The position numbers were made by a program, and so were the translations under genes. From Lama guanicoe (Eukaryota): DNA of 64,000 nucleotides. How positions within the stretch are numbered: position 1 is the stretch's first letter; each line of letters opens with the position of its first letter. Below, one piece after another: positions 51,262 to 64,000 of this stretch. Below the pieces are notes generated by a model, which was not told the origin of the DNA, searched no databases, and saw only the letters and a list, made by a program, of their open reading frames with translations. Location: positions 14,615,405-14,679,404 of the forward strand of contig MU055362.1 of the NCBI GenBank assembly GCA_013239625.1. The letters are read 5' to 3'.

Positions 51262-51546
51262 TTTTAAGACTGGTTTTTTTAGAGCAGTTTTAGTTCCACA
51301 GCAAAACTGAGTGGAAGGTACAGAGGTTTCCCATATACCCCCTGCCCCGACACATGCACAGCCTCCCCCATCAGCAACATGCCCCACCAGAGGGGTACAT
51401 TTTTTACAACTGATGAAGCTGCACTGACACATCCTAATCACCCAGAGTCCCTGGCTTACATTAGGGTTCACTCTAGGTGCTGGACATTCTGTGGGTTGTT
51501 GACAAATGTCTAAGGACATGTATCCAACATTATGGTATTATACAGA
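51262..51546 (-). mobile_element. L1MC-type 3' end
   Basis: ttttagagcagttttag..cacagcaaaactgagtggaaggtacagag..ttcccatatacccc...acattagggttcactct. Confidence 0.85.
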
Positions 51547-52766
51547 TGTCATGGCGTTTCATGGGCTTTGCAGAGCTACCAGCAGAGTGTTGTGGAACTC
51601 CCTGGAAAGGCTGGGGTGCCGTGGGCATTCAGGACTAGACCACAGGCTGTTTGCTATCCCAAGCCTGTGACATGGGGTGTTGAAAGTTGAAGACCTGGGT
51701 GATGACCATGGGTTCTGACGTCCTGAGCAGTGGTGGGACCGCTGTCCTCTGTCTGTCTCCATTGCTGTCACAGCAGCCCCCAGGCAGCCTCCTCTCTCTC
51801 CCAGTGCTAAGCCCAGATGGGAGCACTCGGAGGCCCCCACGTGCCCCCTCCTCAGGCAGCCACTCACTGCTGTGGGCGGTTACGGGGCCTCAGTGCTGTC
51901 CATGGAAGAGCCCTGGGGTCTCTTGACAGGAAGCAGTCCAAATTTGAAATAATGCACAATGTCACTATGACAGAATGTCATACAATGACAGAAAAGAGAA
52001 TCGGTGCCTAATTGCTTTAGGGGCAGAGACGGGATCCTGTGCAGAGTGCCTTCTAGGAAGGGACCAAAGGCAGCTGGCGTCCCGAGACTCCGGAGTCTGA
52101 AGTACTCTGCTCCACATTTGTTTGAATGATGAATGAATGAGTGAACAAATGGGAACGAAAATGAGTGAGCTGTTATCACTTGGCTGTGACCGTCAAGGGT
52201 CACTCGAGGGTGCAGTGCCCACTTAAACTGTGATTGAAACGTCAACACACTGCGAGGCAGCTGTGAGGAGCACCATGTGAAAGTACCGCTGACCCGTGGT
52301 GGGAAGGGGGGCAGTGAGCATCAGAAGGTATCTGTGAGGCTTCTACCTGCACTTGCCTTTGAAAGCAGAGAACGTGGTCAGACTGGAGGTCCTAGTGCAC
52401 TTGAAAGACCCTATGTGGTCTCTGTGTTCGGCCCAAGCTCCCTTGGACTTTCCTGCCAAGTGACTTTCACACGTTGGGCAGATCATTGTTTCAATTTCAT
52501 TTTCAAATTTTGTCATCAGACATTTCATATGAGTGGATTGTGGTCCAACAGGCCCTCTTCTCAGGGAGTGTGAGGGTCTTTTCTTCCTCTGAGAGGAGCC
52601 TGGGCTCTAGGAGGCCAGGTGTGGGCCAGGCGTCTGCCAGGTGCCCAGGCTGTGTGGCTCTGTGCCGTCTCCTGCTCACTGCTCCTTCCCTCCCTGTCCT
52701 GGCCCCCACCCCACCTCTGCCATCTGCTGGGCTCTCATGGCTGCATTCTCTCTTGCCCCTCTGCAG

Positions 52767-52880
52767 GCTGGTGGTTCGTGAGCACCTCTGAGGAGCAGGG
52801 CTGGGTCCCTGCCACCTACCTGGAGGCCCAGAATGGGACTCGGGACGACTCAGACATCAACACCTCCAAGACTGGGGAAG
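52767..52880 (+). CDS. SH3PXD2A: SH3PXD2A coding exon (approx. exon 9), C-terminal half of SH3-A: (G)[37 protein letters not shown]
   Basis: Pyrimidine tract + ctgcag|GCTGG...GGAAG|gtaagg; 114 nt, phase 1/1; SH3 WW and GWVPxxYL motifs. Confidence 0.97.
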
Positions 52881-54416
52881 GTAAGGGCTTGCAGTTCAAG
52901 GGATGTGGGTGATGAGGCAGGTGCAGGGAGGGGAGAGCCTCTGAGTCCCCAGGAAGTGATGCCAACCCCATTCCGGGCCCCAGGAGTGAATCCAACTCCT
53001 GGATGCAGCTTTCCCACCCTTCTGCTTAAAACGACCAGAAACCCTAAAATGAGTTGGGATATGTTCCAGCCCCTTCCCTCGGGATCCCATCTCACGGAGG
53101 CCAACCCACAAGCTCACCTCCCATCCCAGATCTGTCCTTGCTGGCCCCACATGGGGTGAAAATTAGAGGGGAGATTCCCTTAGGTGTGGCTTTGGCAATG
53201 CAGTGGAAAAAAAATCCAGAAAAACCTCACTAGGCCAGAGCTAACCAGAGAGGCTGATGGTGCAGGGGTCAGAGCCACCTCTGGGTTCCTGCAACACTGA
53301 AAAATGACTCACAGACCTGCCCTGGGCCAGGATAACAGGCACCCAGAAGAGAGGCCTCTGAGCAGACTGCACAGCAGAAGTTGCGCACACGCAGCCCCGT
53401 GGGGTCGTCCCTGCCACACAGAGCACAGTGTGGGGTAAGGGAGGCAAAGGTGGATCTCTGTGGAGACCCTCAGAGGAACCCAGGGCTTCTGGGGAAGAGA
53501 GAGCTTTAGGGGACTAGCCTTAAGACTGTTCTCCCCAGTCTCTGCCCCCAGATTGCTGGCCTGGTCAGCCTGTCCATGGACTTAGGGATTCCCCAGAGCA
53601 GGCTGCCTGAGCCCAGCAAGTCTGAGCCACTGCGTTCCCCTGCTGCCTCCTCCTAATGACTTCTAAGCCTCCTTTATTCTGGCAGCAGGAATGCTTGCCC
53701 TAACGGTCAGTGGGGAGTGTCCAAATGGGCACGTCAGAGCCAGGAGATCGCCGCCTGCCACCCGGGGCTCAGGCCACCTCCAGGCCCGCCCCTCCCTCTC
53801 CCCCCATTCCCCACTGCCCAGGCCAAAATAAGCAGCCCGCCAAGCGCCAGCTCCTTATTCATCCTTCCCCTAAATGTCGGTTACTCTGCAGGCAGTTGGA
53901 GCCCCACCCTTCCTGCCATGTAAATGCCTTATTTCAGTCCCTTGACCAGTGCTACAGCCCCTGCAGTGCATGTCTGCCTTATGACAGGTTTCCAGGGACC
54001 AGGCCCCATCACAAAGGGCTTGCGTGTTCAATCCATGTGCTTGGTCCTTCCTGGTGGCTCCCTGAGCCCTGGGTCTGAACCTGCACCCTGTCTCATCTCT
54101 GGTTCCATCACACCTCTGCTGTGAAGGATCTGAGCCCCCGAAGTCACCAGGCTTTGCCTCCTACCCAGTTCCGCATTCTGAGGGACTTCCCAGGGCTTTT
54201 CAGAAATAACAATGCCTGGAGTATACTGAGGTCTCACTGAATCCCAAGTGTCCGGCCTGGTGCTATGAATGCCTCACCGTTACCCAGGGAGGGCTCTGTT
54301 ACAAACCCCAGTTTCCAGATGCAGGAACTGAGGCTTCCTCGTAATGTCTGAGCCCTGGTCGGCCTCCTCTGCCAGTGGTCTTCCCACCATGCCACATGCC
54401 TCTTCATAAAGCATTT

Positions 54417-54493
54417 TGCTTATAAGCAATTCTAGGAGGGGGTGTGTGTGATGCTTATAAACAATTCTAGGAGGGTGTGTGTGTGTGTGTGTA
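54417..54493. repeat. 35-bp tandem duplication ending in (GT)n
   Basis: tgcttataa[g/a]caattctaggaggg twice, each followed by GT repeats. Confidence 0.88.
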
Positions 54494-55559
54494 ATTGGAA
54501 CCCCACCTGGAAAGGCTGTGCCCAGATGGTCAGAGCAGAGACATTGAGTAGATGCTGGAGGACCAGGACACATCCTGGGCAGGAGAGCGCCTGTGAGATA
54601 CATGGGCACTGATGCCAGCCTGGTTTGAAGAGGGATTGGGTACTTTGCACAGAACAAGCGGTAGCAGGTTGTAGAGAATTTTGACCTCGATGGAGTAAGA
54701 GTCAGGCACCAGGGCAGGTTCTGCGTCCTGAGGTGCGTGTGTGCGCACGCACGACCCTCCTTAAAGTAGGTTCCTCCACACACTTTGGTAAGACCTGTGT
54801 GCCAATACCCCTGGCAACATCTGGGCAGCTGTGAACTCCATCATCCATTGTGGGCATCTCTGCCCGGCTCTACAGAAGGGTTCAGGGCTCATACCCCACC
54901 CAAGGCCCAGCAGCTGTACTGTATCTGCCTGTCTCTGCACTGGCTGCCATGAGGCTAGATCAGCCCACGCTGGTCCTCTCTCTGGCCACCTCTACCCCAG
55001 CCCTGTGGCCATCCCATGTAGCTCCCCTGAGCCCTGTAGACGGTAATTAGAAGGCTTCATCCCATCAAAGCTTCCCTAACAAATCATGTTCCATTGTTTT
55101 GGAAAGAAAAGAGACAACTGGCTGTTACATTTTATCTCTATCATCAGGCATTCTGGCATATGTTCGTGCTTGTCCTGAAGCCAAGAGTGCTGTGTAGAAG
55201 TCACAGATGTTACCAGTAGAGGGTAGGAGGGCAGAGGTGGAGGCTGAGACCCTCTCATCCATGATGCTGAGGAGGGTCCAGGCCCAACCACGGCAGGTGC
55301 TTTAGTGACCCATCACAGCTGCCGCCTCTCAGAGGTGAGCAAATGGAGGCCTGGAGCATTGTCACCTCCAGAGCCCTCAGGCCAGTTAGTGGCAGAGTCA
55401 AGACTGGAGCCTGGGTCTCTGCCTGCCCCCTGTGCCTTGCAGCAACTGGCCATGACCTCCTTTTGTCCCTGGTGGACTGGCATTGGCACTGCCCCCCCGT
55501 CCCAGCCTTCCCACTGTTGGCAGACTCAGTGGCATGGGGTTGATGGGAAGAACCACATC

Positions 55560-55730
55560 ACAAGGTCTAGAATCTGGGCGCCAGGGCCAGACCACCTGGA
55601 TTCACTGCTGCCTCGATACTTAGGTGTGTAACTTGAGGTTCCTTCACATCCCTGTGCCCCGATTTCCCATTTCTAAAATGAGGAGATTGCCGACTGCACG
55701 GAGCTTTTGTGAGGCTCCAGTGATATCGTC
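55560..55730 (+). mobile_element. MIR SINE (diverged)
   Basis: ccagaccacctggattca...tttcccatttctaaaatgagga. Confidence 0.6.
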
Positions 55731-57139
55731 TTGGTATCTGATTTAAACCAGGTAGATGTCACTTACTGCTGAGGTGACCCTCTGCCCACAGAGAAACCAG
55801 GGGGATACACCGGAGGGGGGGCAGCTGTCCGAGTTCCTCCCGGTCTGGCTTCACGTAGGACCTCATCTCTGTTCTTCGGAGCTCACTCAGTCCCTGTCTC
55901 ATTTCACACGGGGCAGGTGATGTCAGTCCCAAAGACAACTGAGGGGACAGGCTCAGGGAGGGATGGCAGCCTGCCCGGGGTGACATAGTAACCTGGCAGT
56001 GGGGCCTGGACTGAATCTTTACCCCTGACCTTTTGTCCAGGCCTCCTGCTTATAAGAAGCGGGTCAAACAGGCTATTCTCCCTCCAGAAAAGCAGGTACC
56101 TCACAGGAGTCCTTGGTGGGGTTTGGCTCGGGTGTGTCTGGAGTTTGACTCTAACTGCCGGCTTCCCTCCCCCAGAGGGAGCCTGGCACCCTCCTCCTGC
56201 GGTGCCAGGAGGTGGGGGCCACCGTTCCACCTGGGCGTCCCAGAGGAAGGCAGGAGGTGTGTGGAGTGGGTCCACAGCAGCCAGGGGACCCGTACAGATG
56301 AAAGGGGTGTGGAGTGGTGAGAGGCTGGGAGGCAGGTCCTCCGCTGTCAGAAAGCCGGAGGATGGCATGCGGGGAAGGAACAGAGCAAGGCCTGTGGCGT
56401 CCCCCTGTGTGTGGTTCACTCAGCAACGTCTGAGGCGTCAGCCACATGCCGGGCCCTGTGCTGGGCCCTGGGGACACAGAGATGCAAAGACTTTGCCCTC
56501 AACAGACTCAATCCATGGGAATGACTGAAAAAGCAAAGACACAAACAAGCCCAGGACAGTGAGAGCTATACGCCCTGCAAGGACGGGACCCCACGTCTCT
56601 CCTGAACATGTTTGTTCTTCCAGGTGTGGTGCCTGGCTCATGGTGACAGGTTCACAAGCAGGACTGGCTGAGTGAGTGGGTGGGGGACAGATGGATGTGA
56701 GCCCTGGTGCAGGGGGCAGGTTGTGGGGCGGGGAGTACACCCTCCTGGAAGCCATCACTGCCCAGCAGTGGCAGGAGCAATGTTCTCCCCCTGAGGTTGC
56801 AACTGAGGGTTGTCCTTGCACCAGGCTGGAGCCAAGGACTATTTTCCCCTCTCAGGTGCTGGGATTCTAAATTCTTAGACCCTTCCAGGCTCAGGGGCAT
56901 AACCTGCCCACAAGGTTTGGCTTTGGTTGAGTTATTCCCCACCTACTAGTGGTATCACTGGTCCGATCTGTGCCCATCCAGGAGGCGTGTGCACTGGGGC
57001 TCAGTCCAGGCGGTGAAGACCTGGGGGTGCAAACCTTCCCTGCCTCCATCCCTTCCCCATCCCTCCCATCTCATCCACATCTCCATTCTCTCCGCCGGTT
57101 CCTGTCGGCCACGTGTTCCATCACCACCTCCCACACCAG

Positions 57140-57223
57140 TGTCCAAGAGACGCAAGGCCCATCTGCGGCGCCTGGATCGCCGGTGGACCCTGGGCGGGAT
57201 GGTCAACAGGCAGCACAGCCGAG
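57140..57223 (+). CDS. SH3PXD2A: SH3PXD2A 84-nt cassette exon (approx. exon 10): (V)SKRRKAHLRRLDRRWTLGGMVNRQHSR(E)
   Basis: caccag|TGTCCAAG...AGCCGAG|gtgacc; 84 nt, phase 1/1; matches the 28-aa insert between SH3-A and SH3-B. Confidence 0.93.
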
Positions 57224-58559
57224 GTGACCGTGGGAGCCAGCTTCTCACCCACAGCTGCCGCTTTGCGCACGCTCACCAACACCTCTCCTTTCTGCGCTCT
57301 GTCTCTCTCTGCCTCGTGGCCTCCTTACTCACGTTCACCAACCAGACTTCTTTCCTCTCACCAACTGCAGCTGGCGGGGAGGGGGAGGTGGGCACAGGGG
57401 CTGCTTGGGAATTGGGATGACACTAGGGGTGGCTCTGGCTTCTGCCAGCATCCTGGGGTCATGGGTCATGTGACTTCAGACAGGATTGTGGGGGCAGCTG
57501 GACTCTAAGAAAGGCCAGATATGCCCTGAAACTGCAGATTAAGAGAACTGAGCGTGTCTGAGTCTCTGCCTGGACTGTCCCACTCTCCCCTGCCCTTCAT
57601 TGCCTCCTTCCTCAGAGAAGGGGCTCCCTCAGCCAAAGCTGGAGGACAGAGTAGGAAGAAGGACCAGCTCACAGCCAGCTCCAGGGAAACTAGAGAGGGA
57701 TTAAACTCCAGACCCCGCCTGGCCCCAGGGCACAGCCCCAACACACTCTGAGGGTGTCGGTCCAGTCAGGGGCTCCAGCTCCCCAGCACTAGCTGTGATG
57801 TCTGCAGGAGTAGCCTGATCAAGACGATTCCAGGGAGGTCCCTGGCCCGCCACACAGGCTGGTTGGGAACCAAGACGTTTGCTGGTTCAGGACCTTTCCA
57901 ACATCCAGGAGCTTGGGAGGTAGGGAAATTAGGGGCGGTCCTCTGAACAAATCTCTAAACATCTCCAGAGCCCCAAGGCCAGTGGGTGGCCCATGTCTCC
58001 TGCCTGGAGGAGAGCAGTGGGTGTGTGCTCTGGAGTGACGACACAGCTGGAAGGGTGTGTATTATGCGCTGGCTTTTCTAGAATAGCAGGGATGCCCCAT
58101 GACTCGCACTCCATCCCCAAAGCTTGTTCCTCAGTGACTGTGAGACTGTTTTGGTGTCTGCCCCAAGCCCTGGGCAGCAGCAAGCCTGGACTCTGGGGTG
58201 GCCATCACCCATGGCTGGCTCAGCATCAGGCTCAGAGCACTGGCCGTGAGGAGCCCAGCTTGTCCTGAGGGTGGAGTGTGGGTTGGGTGCTGGCGCGGGG
58301 TAGGGGTCCAGATCGTGCAAGCAGCAAGAACAGGCTGCACGTGAAAAGCCACCCTGGACGTGGGAGGGGTGGGACAGCGTTGCTGGGGGGCCAGGTGGGG
58401 ACACAGCCCTGAGCCTTCGCAACAAAGGAGAGATGGAACACTGCCTGGAAAAACAGCAGAGAAAGATTTGGCCTTCCCCTATCCCCTCCCACATCTGCCC
58501 CAAACACTGTCACCCACTGATCCCCAAGCACAACTCTGTCTCCACAACCGCATGGACCC

Positions 58560-58940
58560 ACAGACACAATGACCATCAGCACACAGCCCTGAGAGCCACT
58601 GTCCCATCCAGCCCCCCCACAGCTGCACATCCAGGTCCCAGGCACACAGCTACTTACAGATATGTATAGTCCACGTATACAACCACATGTAGACCATTCC
58701 ACGTTTACGTTATTTACACAGCCACAAACGCGTTTTCCACACAAGCACATCATGGGTACACTGCCCCAGCCACCCCACAAGTACACGTATAACTTCGTAT
58801 GCATTCTCATACACTCAACTCTTAGACCACACATATATTCACAGTTATAAACGTCCAATGATATAAGTAGACACAGATACCTAAATGCGTAAGTCTGCGG
58901 CCATCCATACATATGCAAATACATAAGCAAGTGCAGGCCC
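58560..58940. repeat. Degenerate CA/TA-rich low-complexity tract
   Basis: Scattered cacac, acata and tatac units. Confidence 0.6.
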
Positions 58941-61900
58941 ACAACTTCTCACTCTCTTAAATCAGAGACCTAAACACCACCATTCCCAGTCTTATCGTGA
59001 AGTTAAATCAGACAGCCAAGGAAAACTTGCAGAAAGTTGGCTAGGAGGAACTTCGCTGCAAACAGCCGAGCTGACAGGGGAAGCAGGCAGAGGGTCATAT
59101 ATAACCAGACAAGAGAAAAGCAGTGCTTCCCCGGGGCCTCCACTCCCCCATTCCCTCAGCCAACCAGGCCTTTGGAATCAAAAGGCCTCTTGCAGTGGGG
59201 CTGGGTGAGTTGTAGGGGCTGGGAGGGGAGCCAGGGAGACTGCTGACGGAGGGGAAAGTGTTTGGAAAGAGGAGGCGTCTGTGGTTTGGAAACTGCAGGG
59301 ATTTCCAGCCCCTGCCTCCGCAACCAAAACAGGCCTGTCCACCTACCCCCAGCCACCCACCCCACCCGGTGGGCAGCCTGGTCAGCCCTCCCTGGGCACA
59401 TCAGAGTGACCACGGTCTCAGCGCTTCCCAGAAGCTGAAAGGTGCCCCTGAGAATTCCCAGGCCTCTCCCCTCAACTCTGATTCCTAAGGGGTCTGCTTT
59501 CTAGAGACCCCAACCAATGCAAATGAGAGCACCCCCTCACCCCCAGCCATTTCCATCTGTCTGGGTCCCAGGGTGGGGTTTGTGACCCCAGATCAGTGGA
59601 GGGGCTCTGCTTTTCCCTCAGGGAAACCTGTGAGTTGGAGGCTGAGACCCCGGTGGCACGTGTCCACCTAGAGCTAACTTCACACTTCTGTCATCTGAGC
59701 CAACTGTGGCAGAAAACTGAGCCCCCAAACAGATGAGTTGGAAGAGTTTCCCTGCCTGGGACCAGGACTCTGAATTCTCATCTCCTGAAACCAGCAGTGA
59801 CAGGGCAGGATGAGCCTCTTAGCCAACCACATCCCCCTGCGAGTATGAAGTCCTAGACATCTGTGTTCACGTCAGCCCCAGGGCCATCAAGAAGAGGGTT
59901 CTGTGCAGGAACAGCTCAGCTTTCCTGAGTAAAACTGACCCACCCGAGGAGGGCCGGGAAAAGCAGGACGCTTCCATGGCCCCCAGGACTCTGCCCTCCA
60001 CACGCACACTGTGGGGCTGAGGAGGTGCGCCCACAGGGCACAGTCTCGGCCCTGTCCTCTGCCATGCGACAGGGCCGGGCTTCTCTGATCTTCCCCAGAG
60101 AGGGTCTGCAATTTTTCTCTGCAAAATCAACTTTACCTAGGGGAACTTTAATGATGGCTTCCTGTGTGAACCACAGGCTTTTAAAAATAGCCCAGCTGAA
60201 CAAAGGCAAAATGTGGCGCCTCGGCCTCGCTAGGCTCACCCCAGCCTCAGAACTCTGGATCCCTGGGGCCTGGCACTGCCCCTCTGGCCACTGCCTGGGC
60301 CAGGATTTAGCGTGCCCCACTGGAAAATGGAGCAAGACCAGGAACAGCAGGAGCACAGGGGGCTGGACTGCAGACACGGAACTTCTCAAAGGCCCGAGTC
60401 AGAATCTGGCCGGACCAGGTTCACAGGCGGTCCTGGCAGCTCTCCCCAGCATGGCTGGGTTGGAATCTGAACGCTTCCAGGAGCGAGCTGATGCTGAGAA
60501 AGGCTTGCATTGAGAAGAACATGCTCAATTATGGAGACTCCCAGTGGTCATCACCTACCTTTTGTCTTTTGGCAGACTTTTGGATTATGCCAGCAGCCCA
60601 TCAGCTCTGTCCTTGCAGCAACCTCCACCCCAAAGGGAGCAGCTCTCTCCTCCCAGCACAGGGCCACAGACAGGACCCTGATAATCCAGGGAGGGATGAA
60701 CAGATGGCCCTCCTGAGCAGGGGGTTGGGGTGGCAGCTGTCCCCTCCCCGCCTGCTGCCTGAGGCTCAGGCAGGCAGCCCGTCGGGGTCCAGCTGAGGAG
60801 TCCAGGGGATGACTGTCACAGATGGGAGCCAGGAGGCAAGGGGCAGGCATCTTAGATCCAGGCGTTCTGTGCCGGCATCCTGCTATTTTGAGCTCAAAGT
60901 CTCCCACTCAGTGTGCTGGCCCAGCCCGCCTATTTCCGCATCCATAGTCCCTTTGGAATTCCTACTGTGTCCCAGGTGCTGTCTCAGCCCCGGAGAGTGT
61001 TCAGGCCAGAGGGGACAGCACAGGATAAGGGTGACCCTCCTGAAGGGCATGCCAAGAGGTCAGTTTCCTTGTCTATCTCTGCTGCTCATTCTCCCAGATT
61101 GTGGGGGTGCAGCCACGTGCTCCTTCCTGAGCTGGTCCTCTGGGAAGGCTCTCCCTGCAGGAGGCAGGCAGGCTGCAGCCGGCTAGCTGTGGGTCCCCAG
61201 CAGGTGCAGACCCACCATCCTGGAAGCCTGAGCAAGGACTCATGTGGAAGGACAGGGCCCTGCCAGGAGAGAGGCTGGAGGGATCCCGGAAGAACCATGT
61301 TGCCCAGCCTCCCCAGGCCTGCTACCCAAGTTCTTCCTCTACTCCCACAGGTGCCTCTTGCCCAGTGCCTGGGAACCCTGGACAGGGCTCACAATCCCTC
61401 TGTGAGATCAGAGCAGGCAGCTCCCTGAGGGGTCCTGCTCAGCTGCGAGGTCTACTCAGCACACTGTTCTCTAGAAGGCACACAGGCATGGTGGCCCTCT
61501 CAGGGCCCTATGAGCACGGGCCTGATTATGCTGCACTCAGCGTGGCCACTGCTCACTAAGCCACTGGACCCTTAACAAAACACATAACCACTCCCATAGA
61601 ATGTGGGTTCCTAGAATCGTCTTGGGGAGATGCCATGATCAGGTGACCAGATTAGTGGTCAGGGGAGGCTTCCCTGAGGTGCCCCTAGAACCATCAGAAG
61701 GCCTGACAGAGGATTGATGGAAGGATTTGAGGTAAAGGAAGGGCTAGGAGAGCAATTCTGGGGCACAGATGGGAACGTGGCAGGTTCAGGGAAGGAGGGG
61801 TACGCTGTGGGTCCTCCAGACACTCAGTTGACACCCAGGTCTGTTCTCAGACTTCCTGACTCAGGCCCCGTGAGGGCCAGGCTCCTTGTAGCCCTGGCCT

Positions 61901-62205
61901 CCTCCCAGGGAGTTTCTGGGGCCCTGAGGACTCCGGGCTCCTGTAGCCTGGCATCATGGGGGCTGGGAGAGCCAGCTCCATGCTGCCTGTGGCTCGCAGG
62001 GCCACCTGTGGCCCTACCCAGCTCTGAGAGCAGCAGTAAGACCTGGTCCCTTTTCTTCCTTTTCCTGGAAAAGCCAGAGGCTGACCTAGTGCACCTTGGC
62101 CACCAGCTAAGTGAGACCAGGTCAGGGGGAGGGGGAGATAGGAAGGAGGACCTGCACCCCGGCCTCAAATAATTGTGCTTTTTTGCTTCTTACCACCACC
62201 CACAG

Positions 62206-62323
62206 AGGAGAAGTACGTCACTGTGCAGCCTTACACCAGCCAAAGCAAGGACGAGATTGGCTTTGAGAAGGGCGTCACCGTGGAGGTGATCCGCAAGAAT
62301 TTGGAGGGCTGGTGGTACATCAG
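62206..62323 (+). CDS. SH3PXD2A: SH3PXD2A coding exon (approx. exon 11), SH3-B: (E)EKYVTVQPYTSQSKDEIGFEKGVTVEVIRKNLEGWWYI(R)
   Basis: cacag|AGGAGAAG...TACATCAG|gtagga; 118 nt, phase 1/2; canonical SH3 sequence. Confidence 0.97.
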
Positions 62324-64000
62324 GTAGGAGCCCCAGCAGAGGAGTGAGGTGGCCTCCTGGCAGGCTGGCCCCCAGGCGGGCCCTGGGGTGCAGTGTGGCT
62401 ATGGGCACCAGCTGGCAGGTAGATACTGACAGCAGCTTTGAGCTCCCAACCTTGCTTGGCTGCTTCAGCTCTGCACAGCTGAACGGCTCTGACAGAGAGC
62501 ACTCCTCTTGCAGATCCCCTCCCGGGACACATAAAGCCAAGCCTGAGCCACAGCCAGTGGGGCACAGGGGCCCCGGCTCAGCTTGCAGGCAGTGGTGCAA
62601 TCCCTTCCCGTGCATCTGCCAAGAGGGTCCAGCACATCTGAATTTGGTTTTCTGCGTCCGGCCTTGGCTGCCTGGCGTGCTCTGCATCTCAGGCCGCCTG
62701 GAGCGCTGGCGTCCACCAGCCTTGCTGGGGTCCCAACAGACAGCCCCTGCTGCCCACGGCTCAGCACCAGGGGCCCCAGATGCAGGCTCTGGCCTGGGGC
62801 CGTTCACTCTGCACGGCTGGCTCACGTGGTCGCTAAAGCTGGGGCGGAAGTGAGGCCTGATCCCAGTCCTGGTTCAGAGGCCCCTTGCTCTGCCCCTCCC
62901 TCTCCTCGGGTCTAGTCACACTTCCCAGCTGAGAAATCCATTTGGGGGAGTGGGTAGGGAAGTTGGGAGCTTCCTGACGCTCCTGGAAGCAAACTAATTC
63001 CTGCGGGCTTTACCCACCTCTCCCCCCAGACCCTTCTGCCCTGGGGCTCCCAGACCAGCCAGCACCCCCCAGGGGGCCTTGCTCGCAGGAAATGTTTTTG
63101 GATCCTTTGGAAGCAGCTCAACTATGATGATTTTGCCGTTTCTTTTCTCTGCCTGTAACCTAGATGACAGAGTTCCCTGTCGTGGGCTGTGGGGACTGCC
63201 TCCCCAGACCACTGTGGGCAACATGCATGTTCTGAGCTGTCAGAGGGAACAGGATCTACCCAGGTGACAGGGGAACTCACAAGACATTTGCTTAGACCAC
63301 AGCAGACCGTGAGGGTATTAAGATTGGTTTATGGTGACGGGTAGGATGAAGGTCGTTAGCCACATGGGATGGAAACTTAGTGTGACCTGGCAGGACATAG
63401 ACACCCCTGCCCCTGGCTCCATGCACAGCAGTCAGGAGGGCTGAGGTGTCCCATTCTGTCCTGTTAGGTGGGACAGGACTGTGTACCTGGACATGTTTGC
63501 CCAAATCCACTGCTCCTAGACTTTCGGTGTTCTCTCAGCAATGGAACCTAGAGCCCAGCCCCAAATCCTGCCACCACGAGTCTGCGTGGGAAGGCCAGTG
63601 GACATTCTGGCAGGCTGGTAACCTGAACCACTCACCCAGAGGTTATCTACAAGGCTGCTAGGATTTTTTGATTTTCTAAAATGACCAACAGAAGCACTCT
63701 GAGCTGGCTCTTCTAGTCACCTCTTGTCCCCACAGCTTAGCCTTTTAGCCAGTGGGAGCTTCAACTGATAGAACCCAACTAAAAAGATTCCACCTTAAGA
63801 AGGCTGCCAGACACCCCCTTAAAAATGCCATTTCCCAGCATCCCAGGCTCCGTGTTGATCCTTATTTCCTAGAAAGCAGATGTGAGCAGACTTGGACCCA
63901 AACACACACAGCCGCTCCTGATTCCCTTGCATCTCTCTGCCTGGAATCTAATTTTATCCATGTAACACCAAAGGAGCACATCGGGGTTTGAAATGGGAGC

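Larger units (their letters stand above)
1..64000 (+). other. SH3PXD2A: SH3PXD2A (Tks5/FISH) gene, internal portion: introns plus 4 visible coding exons; start and end lie outside the window
   Basis: Four AG/GT-bounded, phase-compatible exons in the correct order translate to Tks5 peptides I recognise (VWLSSWAESPKKDVTG; [21 protein letters not shown]; SKRRKAHLRRLDRRWTLGG; EKYVTVQPYTSQSKDEIGFEKGVTVEVIRKNLEGWWYI). Confidence 0.96.

Noticed and set aside
2846-53251. About ten AP-1 TGA(C/G)TCA sites
   Set aside because: Roughly eight are expected by chance in 64 kb; not enriched.
58232-58942. 236-aa Cys/Val/Tyr-rich ORF
   Set aside because: Translation of the TG/TA low-complexity tract.
62190-62825. 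211-aa antisense ORF over the SH3-B exon
   Set aside because: Shadow ORF of a real exon plus GC-rich flank.
1-64000. CRISPR array, rRNA/tRNA genes or a prokaryote-like novel system
   Set aside because: No repeat-spacer array, structural RNA signature or operon; the window is a mammalian intron-exon locus.

Overview
GC-rich mammalian genomic DNA lying entirely inside SH3PXD2A (Tks5/FISH) on the + strand. The young L1 3' ends suggest a camelid or other cetartiodactyl, but this is an inference. Four coding exons are readable by translation and splice sites: 17265-17309 (45 nt), 52767-52880, 57140-57223 (84 nt) and 62206-62323. They encode the PX-SH3 linker, the second half of SH3-A, the SH3A-B insert and most of SH3-B. 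The ~132-nt exon for the first half of SH3-A was not found and most likely sits in the N gap (23627-23814) inside an intragenic CpG island. The rest is intron with MIR, L2, L1, MLT and hAT repeats. Best leads: up to three candidate internal promoters/first exons for PX-less Tks5 isoforms (one encodes an in-phase MGGTCF... N-terminus), splicing-regulatory architecture around the cassette exons, two orphan retroposed mRNA-like 3' ends, and a near-perfect palindrome. Almost all ORFs in the supplied track are spurious. No CRISPR, rRNA, tRNA or prokaryotic-type system is supported. Human protein comparisons and repeat family names are from memory, not from searches.
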